Shown one piece after another: positions 29,565 to 38,642 of a stretch of DNA of 64,000 bases; positions within the stretch are counted from its first letter, which is position 1; every line of letters starts with the position of its first letter. A program made the translations under genes and the position numbers. The stretch is from positions 64,001-128,000 of the forward strand of contig CAXXFV010000026.1 of assembly GCA_963674595.2 (NCBI GenBank), given 5' to 3'. This stretch comes from a bacterium (GTDB taxonomy: Bacteria; Zhuqueibacterota; Zhuqueibacteria; Residuimicrobiales; Krinioviventaceae). The notes under the pieces are model-generated. The model saw only the letters and a program-made list of their open reading frames with translations. It did no database searches and was not told where the DNA came from.

Positions 29565-29630
29565 AAAATACAAAAGAAAAAAACAGATTGCCAGTGTAAA
29601 AATTTATAGGAGGGAGGGGGATAGCTGATT
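29565..29630 (-). promoter_or_regulatory. Second repeated promoter module, copy 2
   Basis: AAAATACAAAAGAAAAAAACAGATTGCCAGTGTAAAA plus a G-rich tract. Confidence 0.65.
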
Positions 29631-29640
29631 CACAGAGGCG

Positions 29641-29682
29641 GCAGGTGGCAGAGACGCGATTAATCGTGTCTCTGCCACCTGC
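29641..29682. repeat. REP, family IV (GYAGAGACG...CGTCTCTRC)
   Basis: Near-perfect 42-bp palindrome. Relatives at 31667, 33475, 38527, 49638 and 63153. Confidence 0.8.
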
Positions 29683-29744
29683 TTGCAGGGGATTTGCAAA
29701 TCCTCCAGCGGCGAAGCAACAACATGTCAGGTTCGCATTGTTAA

Positions 29745-31298
29745 TCAGGTATCTTGACGGGTTATTGAATAAATATCAGTCCTTCTGTCTTTGAGGTTTC
29801 GGACGCTTCCAAATTGGTTTAATTCCCTCAACAAATCTATGTCAACATCTGCAATTAAAATCATTTCAGTATTCGGAGTAGCCTCGGCCTTTACCCCGTT
29901 TGTTGGGAATGAAAAATCACAAGGCGTAAAAACCATGGATTGTGCATACTGGATGTCCATATTATGAACTTTGGGTAAATTTCCGACACTTCCCGCAATC
30001 GCGACATAGCATTCATTTTCAATTGCTCTTGCTTGCGCGCAATTTCGAACCCGGGAATATCCATTCTGAGTATCAGTCAAAAACGGTACAAACAGAATAT
30101 TCATTCCCTCTTCAGCTAAAATTCTACCCAATTCCGGAAATTCCACATCATAACAAATTAAAATGCCAATTTTCCCGCAATCCGTATCATAGGTTTGAAT
30201 GTTTTGTCCGCCCTGCAATCCCCACACTTTTGCCTCATCAGGTGTAACATGCAATTTTTCGAAACGTTCAATTCCTCCATCGCGTTTACACAAATAACCG
30301 ACATTATAAAGATTAGAATCAACAATTTCCGGCATACTGCCCGTTATTATATTGATATTATATGATATTGCGAGTTTGGAAAATCGCTGTATAATTACCT
30401 CGGTAAATTCTGCCAATTTTCGGATAGCATCGGCTTCTGATAAATGATTGTACTCTGACATAAGCGGAGCATTGAAAAATTCAGGAAAGAGAGCAAAATC
30501 GGACCTATAGCCCGATACCGCATCTACAAAATATTCAGCCTGCTGCATTAAATCATCAAGGTTCTTGTATAACCGCATTTGCCATTGAACCAAACCAAGT
30601 CTTATAATTGTCTTATTAATGGCAGCTTTGTTTGTCTGTTTTTCGTAATAGACATTATCCCATTCAAGAAGTACGGCATATTCCTTGGATTCTTTATCTC
30701 CTGCAAGATATCCTTTCAAAATTCGAACAGGATGGAAATCATTCGACATTTGAAAATTCAAAACCGGATCATTGATTTCTTTTTTTCTCACCTTGTCGAT
30801 ATACTCTCTTGGCGTGAGGGTGTTTGCATATTTGTGATAATTAGGAATCCTTCCACCAAATACAATTCCTTTCAGGTTAAGTTTTTCACAAAGCTCTTTT
30901 CTATAATCATATAACCGCCGTCCTAACCGGAGACCTCGAAACTTGGGCCTTATAAAAATATCAATACCATACAAGACATCTCCGTCTGCGGTATGTGTAT
31001 CAAATTTGTAATCTCCGGTTATTTCGTCGTATGTATGTTTCGCGTCGAATTTTTCATAATCAACAATAATAGATAGTGCACAGCCTGCTAATTCGCCATC
31101 GATTCTAAGAGCAATTTGTCCCTCGGGAAATTTATCGGTCAATGTTTTAATATGTTGTTCTCTCCAATACATATTCGGCATATTGGAATAAGCTTCAATC
31201 ATGGCATTTTTGAGGTCCTGGTAATCACTGTATTTCAAGTAACTCAATTCAATGTTATCAATCGAATGTACGTCATCTGTTGACAAGTTTTTCTCCAA
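29745..31298 (-). CDS. Bifunctional GNAT acetyltransferase / carbon-nitrogen hydrolase
   Basis: FRGLRLGRRLY GNAT motif and nitrilase triad FPE...EKLH...ICYDVEFPE. Confidence 0.93.
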   Translation of the reverse strand: MEKNLSTDDVHSIDNIELSYLKYSDYQDLKNAMIEAYSNMPNMYWREQHIKTLTDKFPEGQIALRIDGELAGCALSIIVDYEKFDAKHTYDEITGDYKFDTHTADGDVLYGIDIFIRPKFRGLRLGRRLYDYRKELCEKLNLKGIVFGGRIPNYHKYANTLTPREYIDKVRKKEINDPVLNFQMSNDFHPVRILKGYLAGDKESKEYAVLLEWDNVYYEKQTNKAAINKTIIRLGLVQWQMRLYKNLDDLMQQAEYFVDAVSGYRSDFALFPEFFNAPLMSEYNHLSEADAIRKLAEFTEVIIQRFSKLAISYNINIITGSMPEIVDSNLYNVGYLCKRDGGIERFEKLHVTPDEAKVWGLQGGQNIQTYDTDCGKIGILICYDVEFPELGRILAEEGMNILFVPFLTDTQNGYSRVRNCAQARAIENECYVAIAGSVGNLPKVHNMDIQYAQSMVFTPCDFSFPTNGVKAEATPNTEMILIADVDIDLLRELNQFGSVRNLKDRRTDIYSITRQDT

Positions 31299-31761
31299 TG
31301 TTTTAATATCTATTCAGTATTTATCTCATATAACAAATACGAATTAATTGTAGCAAATTTAATAAATTTATGTATTGTTACCAACAAATAATACCTGACA
31401 TTTTTTATTATACGACTCAAGGCTCCCCTTTGGGATCAATGAATAGGGTGTTGCACCACCAATCCGAACACGTGTGATCCTTCGACTCCGCTCAGGGTGA
31501 CACCGCTTCGACTCAGTCCTTGAGCAGAGCCGAAAGGCCGCTCAGCGTCCGCTTAATATCCGGGCTCGCTCAGTTGACACCACCCGTTTGCAGGGGATTA
31601 GGAATTCCTTACAAGCGGGGTGCAAATTATTTACAGGGAATTGCTGTTTTATAGATATAGAACATAGCAGAGACGTAAAATTTTACGTCTCTACAAATAT
31701 AACAAATATATCAATCTCAATAAAAACGATACAATTTACTACCTGTGCTAAAAGAATATAA

Positions 31762-32394
31762 TCAATTCATAACATCTGCCGTGAGAAACCAGCGGCCGTC
31801 TTCGCGGAGAAAGGTTACTTTTTTGTCGCCGGCTTTTCCGGCGGCCTTGTCCCCGTCAATTAACAGATCGCCCAGCTCTTCCCGGGGAAAAAAGGATTGT
31901 TCCGCCATTTCCGGCATATTGATCACAATGCCCATCAACTCCGGGACATATTTTGCCGCATCCACATGCCCATAAAGTTTTTGGGCGCGCTTGCGCATGT
32001 GTTCATCAATGACCTCTTGCGGCGTGTCCTGGGTTACATGCAGCTTTTCGCTGTCATCTTCATCTTCAGTGTTAACATTGAATTTTTTCTGTATTTCCTG
32101 GTACTTTTTTTTCAGTTCAGCCACTTGTTCACCTTCATAAAACTCCAGAAACATACCGACGGCCATGTCTGTGCCGAATGACAGCATGGCCTGTTCCGAT
32201 GGCGCCACCAGTTTTGTCAGGGTGTTAAAATCTTTATTCGCTCCTGCTGTTTGTGCGGCGTCAAACACTGCCTGGGGCGTGGCGCCGCCTTTGGTTTCTT
32301 GTGCAACAATGGTTGTGATCCAGGTGCCGAGTAGGGAGATCGAGAGAATACAAGCCCATTGTCTAACACGTTTTGTAAACATTCTGTTAAACAT
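31762..32394 (-). CDS. Hypothetical exported protein (NTF2-like tail)
   Basis: Signal peptide and IDGDKA...FLREDGRW. Confidence 0.7.
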   Translation of the reverse strand: MFNRMFTKRVRQWACILSISLLGTWITTIVAQETKGGATPQAVFDAAQTAGANKDFNTLTKLVAPSEQAMLSFGTDMAVGMFLEFYEGEQVAELKKKYQEIQKKFNVNTEDEDDSEKLHVTQDTPQEVIDEHMRKRAQKLYGHVDAAKYVPELMGIVINMPEMAEQSFFPREELGDLLIDGDKAAGKAGDKKVTFLREDGRWFLTADVMN

Positions 32395-32501
32395 AATCGG
32401 ATTCTCCTTTTAGGAATATTTTTATATTTTCAGGTCCGGGATTAGTTCCATCTTACCGAACCGGTTTTTACTTGAAAAGGTCTTTCAAGTGCGACCCCAA
32501 T

Positions 32502-33272
32502 TTAAAAACCTATCCCTGATTCCAGCTCAAACGGAAGCGTAAGGGCTTGCGGTTCCTTCCACAGATCAAACTCTGTTTTTAAAAATTTGGGTGTTGAATT
32601 TATATCAAGATTGTATTCCAGTTGACAGGCGTTGCCAAAGCTGAAAGAACCCCGGCCATATATTTCCAGGGCATTGCCATCCGGTGTGTAAAAACGGACA
32701 TCTTTGAGGTCGTCTCTAAATTGCAGACTGGTTTGCAGCACCAATGTCAGAGTGTTGTCTTCAATCTGGGCTTTTTTTACCTGTATGCTTTCCTGCTGAA
32801 TATTTACCTGGGCGCCGACTTTAAGCTCAAGATTTTCAATTTTTTCAGTCCGTTCCGAGGCAGCAACACGCAGGTAAATGTTTCCTTTTACATAAAGCCG
32901 GGTTGCGTCATGTGAGGGATTGTTTTTTGAAGACACTTCTATTAATGCGAGCCGCCCGTCTTCTGATATTTTGGGGAACCCTCCCCAGTCCACACCATCC
33001 AGCAGGTTATATCCGCGATCATCGGTGAATTTTTCCAAAGAGCATTTGGAATCATCCACATCAACAATCATTTTATTTGCCGGAGTTGTGACGACCAAAG
33101 CAAGGGTGGTGCCTGACTGCTGGTGAAAAGCCCGCAGTTCCGTACCATTCAATCCGCGTCCGGGGCCGACAATCTGTAACCCTGCCAGTTGCACAGGAGC
33201 ATTTTCCTCTGCTATAAGGACCATTGGAAGTGATGACAATATCCCCATTAAAACAGTAAATATCCACCTCAT
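32502..33272 (-). CDS. Hypothetical exported protein
   Basis: Signal peptide, 256 aa, beta-rich. Confidence 0.7.
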   Translation of the reverse strand: MRWIFTVLMGILSSLPMVLIAEENAPVQLAGLQIVGPGRGLNGTELRAFHQQSGTTLALVVTTPANKMIVDVDDSKCSLEKFTDDRGYNLLDGVDWGGFPKISEDGRLALIEVSSKNNPSHDATRLYVKGNIYLRVAASERTEKIENLELKVGAQVNIQQESIQVKKAQIEDNTLTLVLQTSLQFRDDLKDVRFYTPDGNALEIYGRGSFSFGNACQLEYNLDINSTPKFLKTEFDLWKEPQALTLPFELESGIGF

Positions 33273-33553
33273 TGTACAGTTCTCCCGGTTAATTGTTTAC
33301 CAAATTACAGTAAAAACAATTCGCTAATGGGCATATTGCCCAAACAATTTTGAGTTGATTTAAATTTCAAAAAAGCCCCGGACTTAAACACTGCTCTTTG
33401 GTCGGCTTTTTATGGTGATGATAGGAAGGTACAGCAGGGAAGGGAATTCACCGGCGTGTAAAAAAAGTTTAATAGCAGAGACGCGAATAATCACGTCTCT
33501 GTTATAAACCGGGTGATCAAAATTTTTGGGACAGGTAAATAAGACGTAACTTT

Positions 33554-34531
33554 TTATACAATGCCTTTTAACAACAGTTCCCATCGTTCCCAGGTGGATA
33601 ACCAGATAAAAGCAACGGCTTTAATAGCATCAGACAAGATATAGGGTGAAAATTTTATGACTTTTTTGCTATAGGTCGTATCAGCCATAATATCAATTGT
33701 TTTGTAGGCATCATTGTCCATGATGTCCATCGGCAGCATAGCCATGGACTGATGGAAGGATATGTAACATATCGATACCAGCAAATCCCAAATGTTGTTA
33801 TGACAGAGATAATCCCTCCATTCGTTTTTAATCCTGACATTAATATTGGTGTTTTCGATCAGGTCATCTATTTTGTCGAACAGCTTTGATTCGCCGTTGT
33901 TCTGCTTTTGCAACTTGAAATCTTCATCCAGATCAAAGTATTGCGATTTTTTAGAGACTTTATAGATGTTGAGAATTTCATGTTCCCAATAGGCTTCAAT
34001 GTCCCCATGAATTTTTGAAGGACCGTAAAAATCCCTTATATCGCAATGCAGGGGCATGTGCGCATCGGCAATATAATGGGACAACATGGAAAAGAACAAG
34101 GCGATCTGGCTGTTGTTGAAAATAATAACATCGCCGCTGTCTATTTTATTGGTTATGAGAATCATGTCCCGGATGGATTGACTCAGCGCTTCGCACCGGT
34201 CCGGGAGATCACTGTATTTGGTCTCTAGTGAAACTTTTAACAACTGGGACTTTTTGATTAACGTTCGGCCGTTCATGTAAACAGGGGGTTTTCGGCTTTC
34301 TTTTCTTCCGTTTTCATCGGGATAATATTTCCAGGTATGGCCCCCGGAAAGATTATCGGCAATGACTGTATCCGGAAACCAGGTGCCGCGCAAAAAGGTA
34401 GAAGGATTTTGGAAAATGAATTTTATAAAACGTTTTAAATGTGAATTATGCTCCCCCTGCAATTTGTTGTCCAATGAAGCCAGATATTCGATTGCTTTGA
34501 GTGTTATCCATGCGTGAGTATATTGTTTCAT
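33554..34531 (-). CDS. Zn-dependent phospholipase C / S1-P1 nuclease fold protein
   Basis: N-terminal THAW, WFPD, SHYIADAHMPLH, HGDIE. Confidence 0.7.
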   Translation of the reverse strand: MKQYTHAWITLKAIEYLASLDNKLQGEHNSHLKRFIKFIFQNPSTFLRGTWFPDTVIADNLSGGHTWKYYPDENGRKESRKPPVYMNGRTLIKKSQLLKVSLETKYSDLPDRCEALSQSIRDMILITNKIDSGDVIIFNNSQIALFFSMLSHYIADAHMPLHCDIRDFYGPSKIHGDIEAYWEHEILNIYKVSKKSQYFDLDEDFKLQKQNNGESKLFDKIDDLIENTNINVRIKNEWRDYLCHNNIWDLLVSICYISFHQSMAMLPMDIMDNDAYKTIDIMADTTYSKKVIKFSPYILSDAIKAVAFIWLSTWERWELLLKGIV

Positions 34532-34729
34532 GTTATCACCTCATGAATGAAATGAATATTAAAAGTGGTTGCGACAAACATATCATTATTTCGTGCCCCG
34601 GAACGGAATTCCAGGGCGGTAATGAATTAATTTGTCATGTTCCCTGGTGCTCAATATTAGTACCCCGCTTACCGACGCCCCGGGATGGTTCCCGGTTGCC
34701 ATGCTGTTCTGCTGTATCAATTAATGAAT

Positions 34730-35329
34730 TTAAATTAAAGCCTTCAATTCGGATTCTGCCTGGGCCGCATTGATAAATTGAATCCCATGGATGCCCAACG
34801 AGCGCGCCGACTCTACATTAATCAGGGTATCATCAATCAATATGAGTTCATTCGCAGGACAGCCGATCTGCTCGATCACATAGTTGAAACATGCCGGGTC
34901 CGGTTTCAGGTAACCGATCTCATAGGACAAAAACGCTTTTTTGACATATTTGGTTATATGAAATTTGTCGTTCAGCAATTCAAACCATTCCTGCCGGGTA
35001 TTGCTTAACAAATACACATCCGTTATTTTTGAGAGTTTTTCACACAGGTTATAAGTATCCTGTTTGAGCGAATAATTATTAAGAACGATGTTATCCAGCG
35101 ACTGCCAATCGGGATATGAAATATTCAAATCATCGAGTACATTGTGCCAAAATTCCTGAGAATCGATTTTACCCAGATCAAAATCCGGTTCCCATTTTTC
35201 ATAATATTTTTTTATCCGGTCAGCCGGTATATCTAAACGTTCGGATAAATCCGTAGCTGCGGATTTAAATCCGGATGACATGAGCACTCCAAAAACATCA
35301 AAAATTATTTTGTAATTTTGTTCCTTCAT
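34730..35329 (-). CDS. HAD-family phosphatase (YihX-like)
   Basis: IFDVFGV, LLSNT, KPD, IDD...NV. Confidence 0.88.
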   Translation of the reverse strand: MKEQNYKIIFDVFGVLMSSGFKSAATDLSERLDIPADRIKKYYEKWEPDFDLGKIDSQEFWHNVLDDLNISYPDWQSLDNIVLNNYSLKQDTYNLCEKLSKITDVYLLSNTRQEWFELLNDKFHITKYVKKAFLSYEIGYLKPDPACFNYVIEQIGCPANELILIDDTLINVESARSLGIHGIQFINAAQAESELKALI

Positions 35330-35346
35330 TTATCATCCTTGTTGTT

Positions 35347-35444
35347 TGATCGTACAAGGGCTTTGCCCTCGTGTGTCAGAAAATTACATGTTACACGGAA
35401 TAATACTCTACTACGCCCAGAGGCAGGAACCTCGGGGAAGATCA
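35347..35444. repeat. REPIN, family II
   Basis: TGATCGTACAAGGG...CGCCCAGAGGCAGGAACCTCGGGGAAGATCA. Confidence 0.8.
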
Positions 35445-35459
35445 AAACAAAATATTTTA

Positions 35460-36383
35460 TCATTGTGTACATGTATATGATTGAACGATTAAATCTAAAA
35501 TATCATCTATGGAGTATTCTTTATCGATTTTATTTGGATAAATATAAAGCACCCGCGTTATGTAACCATAACCATGCGTTTTTGGAACTTTTTGGGAAAT
35601 GTTTTTGGGATCATTAATAGAATCATTATCAGTACGAATAAAAAATCTTAGACAATCTTTTCTGTTTTGTATTGCAAGATATGCAAAGTTTACTGAAGTT
35701 TTATATATAATTTCAGCTTTTGTTGTGTAACATTCTATTTCAGAACTTATATCCATTATTTTATGATGTAAAATGTCAAATTTTGTATTCAAATCAACAG
35801 AAGCTCCTTCAAGATGTTCAGCAATGCTCTTGGGCGTTCTTGGTTCTTTTTTGATTTTTTGAATTGTTGTTTTACCTGACTTACTTTTTATTAATTGTTC
35901 TGGTTCTTCCTCACGTAATATTATAAGAGTATTATTTTCATATAACCTATATTTCCATAACTCAGCCCCGAGTGATAATGCTAAACATTTATCATCAATA
36001 GAATATTCTTGTGCAAAGCAAATAATCCTTGGATTAGTAAAATCAACTTCTCCATTAAAATTTTTTATATTTTTACGCACTAATAATTCAAATGAATCTG
36101 GATTTTGTTTTATCCAAGTCATATATCGGTTAGCTTGAGTTAATTGACCAGTTTCTTTATATTTTTTATATTCTATAACAACTGGCCTATTTGATTCATC
36201 AATTGCTAAAGTTTCAATTCTGCCATGCTTATCAGTAACATACTCTTTTTTAATATAATTAATACTGAAAATTTGATCTAGGTTTGAATCTATAAGCTTA
36301 TGTAACTCAGCTTCATTGGTAAATTCAATCTGTTTTATTTTTTTAGCTTTACCATCTTTTATTTGAAAAGCAGGCATTTCCAT
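35460..36383 (-). CDS. PD-(D/E)XK (NucS/DUF91-like) nuclease with a DUF5655-like C-terminus
   Basis: EAEL, GRIETLAIDE, VVIEYKK, QANRY, PRIIC. AT-rich. Confidence 0.75.
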   Translation of the reverse strand: MEMPAFQIKDGKAKKIKQIEFTNEAELHKLIDSNLDQIFSINYIKKEYVTDKHGRIETLAIDESNRPVVIEYKKYKETGQLTQANRYMTWIKQNPDSFELLVRKNIKNFNGEVDFTNPRIICFAQEYSIDDKCLALSLGAELWKYRLYENNTLIILREEEPEQLIKSKSGKTTIQKIKKEPRTPKSIAEHLEGASVDLNTKFDILHHKIMDISSEIECYTTKAEIIYKTSVNFAYLAIQNRKDCLRFFIRTDNDSINDPKNISQKVPKTHGYGYITRVLYIYPNKIDKEYSIDDILDLIVQSYTCTQ

Positions 36384-36522
36384 TATCTCCAAATCTAAAA
36401 TTCATTTTCATCAATTACTGTAAATGGCGGATTTCCTAATAGCTTAACTGTTATATGTTGTAGGGTTCAGTTTTACTGCACCGTTTATCTGTTTTTGTTA
36501 ATCATACAATTACTCATGTTGA

Positions 36523-36852
36523 TCATTCCGTGAATTGAATTGATATATCTTTGGGCAAAGCCAGTCCTGCCGCCACCTGCATGGCTTTATAAATACCGGA
36601 AGGCACAACACATCCGGAGCAGCAGCCGTTTAAAGTTTCGCAGGCGCATTTTAAAATCTGACTCTGGCTTGTCGGCATGATTTCCTGATAGGCATCTATC
36701 GGATTTATTTTCTCAAGGGTTTTTGCCAGATTTTTTATTTTATCGCAGGTTGACTCTATCTGCAAATCTACATGCTGTTGGTCCGTGCATTCTGCTTTTA
36801 CGGTCGTATGAAAGCCGCAGACACCGGCTTCTATTTTAACGGTGGTGGTCAT
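36523..36852 (-). CDS. Small Cys-rich conserved protein (DUF6951-like)
   Basis: GVCGF, STC, GCVVPSGIYKA, GLALPKD. Bracketed by direct family I REPs at 36460 and 36876. Confidence 0.78.
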   Translation of the reverse strand: MTTTVKIEAGVCGFHTTVKAECTDQQHVDLQIESTCDKIKNLAKTLEKINPIDAYQEIMPTSQSQILKCACETLNGCCSGCVVPSGIYKAMQVAAGLALPKDISIQFTE

Positions 36853-36907
36853 ATTAATTTCAGCTCCTGTTCGTTGTCGGGTGCGGTTTTATTGCACCGT
36901 GATTTTT

Positions 36908-37034
36908 TGATCGTACAAGGGTTCCTACCCTTGTACGGGTTGATTTGAGGGCTTGGCCCTCATTTGTCAGAAAATACAAGTAAAGGCAAAGCCTTTATTT
37001 TACTACGCCCAGAGGTAGGAACCTCGGGCGATCA
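36908..37034. repeat. REPIN, family II (best-preserved copy)
   Basis: TGAT-CGTACAAGGGTTCCTACCCTTGTACG ... CGCCCAGAGGTAGGAACCTCGGGCG-ATCA. Confidence 0.85.
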
Positions 37035-37061
37035 AAAGAAAAAATAAAATCCCTCATGTGC

Positions 37062-38384
37062 CTATTTGAGCAAAATCATTGATTTTGTTTGACAAAAATT
37101 GTCTGCCAAAAGTTGATAATAATAGGTGCCGGCAGCTACTTTGTTACCGTGATAATTATCGCCATTCCAGTTGAGCGTATACATACCGGCTGACTGTCTG
37201 CCATCCACCAATGTTTTGACATGTTTTCCCGTAATATCAAACACTGAAAGACGGACGCGTGCATGCTGCGACAGTCTGTAACGAATGTTTGTTGACGGAT
37301 TAAACGGATTGGGATAGTTTTGCTCTAATTGAAAAACATCCGCAACCGCTTGTTGCGCGTCATCAATCCCGGCCGCCTGTTTAAACGGGACGCTTTGATA
37401 AGAATAATCACCGGTTTCGCAATTAACGGTAATTAATTTTCCTCCTTTATCCACATAATCGCCGCCATACCCGCCATAGCCGGTTGCCCGGCCATAAACC
37501 AGCTCAATACCGTCGAGTACGCCGCCATAGTCATTGACATGATCATGCCCGCAAAAACAGGCGCGCATGGTCTGCAAATTTTTAAACAGATTAAAGGCAT
37601 TGCTGTCATCCTGGCTGCCGCTATACACGTCTTCGAATTTAACACCCGGCGTACTGCCAACGTTCCAAACCGTTAAATATTGAGGCACCGGAATATGAAA
37701 AAATGAAAATGCGTGCGGGGCATACTTGTTGCCGTCGGCGCGATAACGTAAAAGTTCGGACATCCATGATTGCGCTGTAAAGGCGAGACCGGGTGAGCCG
37801 CCGCCGATGGATGAATTCATACAAATCAGGTCCCACAGCAAATCATCATCCTGGTTCCTTATTTCAATCACATAATTTCCGTTGGACGCACCGCCGCAAT
37901 AAAGTGAATGCGGTGCATTGGTAAAAGCCGCATGTCCGTTTTCGTAATTATTCAACTGATCATGATTTCCCCAGGTAAAGGCCCAGGGTATATTCAGGTT
38001 ATCGATAATGGAAATGGCCGTATGCATAAACTCTTCACCGCGTCCATCCGGATTATTATGCCAAAAATCACCGGTAACCAGGATAATGTCCGGTTTTGTA
38101 TATTCCACCAGCCCGGGCAGGTCGGCCATGGTTTGCCAGTCTATGTTTGTTGTTTTTGCAAAAAAGTGTATATCGGTTAGTTGTAATATTTTGAATTCAG
38201 ATGGATTGGCAATGACCAATTTGTTCGTTGCCGTTGCAAAGGCCGATGCGTTTGGTGTGAGATTGTTTGCAAAGATGTTGTTTTTCAAAACACTGTCCAT
38301 GCCCATGCCGGAAAGAACGGCTGTTTTTATAAAATTTCTGCGGGATAGTTGCATAAAGGTCCTTGTTTTGTTTGTCTTATTCAC
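37062..38384 (-). CDS. Calcineurin-like metallophosphoesterase (Dcr2-like) with Tat signal and C-terminal sorting domain
   Basis: SRRNFIK, TDIH, TGD, GNHD, GHDHVND, QNYPNPFNP...KSMILLK. Confidence 0.9.
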   Translation of the reverse strand: MNKTNKTRTFMQLSRRNFIKTAVLSGMGMDSVLKNNIFANNLTPNASAFATATNKLVIANPSEFKILQLTDIHFFAKTTNIDWQTMADLPGLVEYTKPDIILVTGDFWHNNPDGRGEEFMHTAISIIDNLNIPWAFTWGNHDQLNNYENGHAAFTNAPHSLYCGGASNGNYVIEIRNQDDDLLWDLICMNSSIGGGSPGLAFTAQSWMSELLRYRADGNKYAPHAFSFFHIPVPQYLTVWNVGSTPGVKFEDVYSGSQDDSNAFNLFKNLQTMRACFCGHDHVNDYGGVLDGIELVYGRATGYGGYGGDYVDKGGKLITVNCETGDYSYQSVPFKQAAGIDDAQQAVADVFQLEQNYPNPFNPSTNIRYRLSQHARVRLSVFDITGKHVKTLVDGRQSAGMYTLNWNGDNYHGNKVAAGTYYYQLLADNFCQTKSMILLK

Positions 38385-38431
38385 CCGTGATTTTACAAAA
38401 ATAATTATTTTTCACATTGTATATAATAATG

Positions 38432-38502
38432 AAAATACAAAAGAAAAACCTGGATTTCCAGCAGAAAAAAATTAAATGAGGTGTGAGGGAGAGGGATGAG
38501 CT
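38432..38502 (-). promoter_or_regulatory. Second repeated promoter module, copy 3
   Basis: AAAATACAAAAGAAAAACCTGGATTTCCAGCAGAAAA plus a G-rich tract, followed by a family IV REP. Confidence 0.55.
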
Positions 38503-38642
38503 GTTTTTTTATCGGGGCAGCACATGGTAGAGACGTAAAATATTACGTCTCTACCAAACATTACAAACAAATCAATTTCAATTAAAACACGGCGGTTACA
38601 TCACCCGGGGGTAAATGTCTTTCCGGGTTTTTGAAAATTTAT

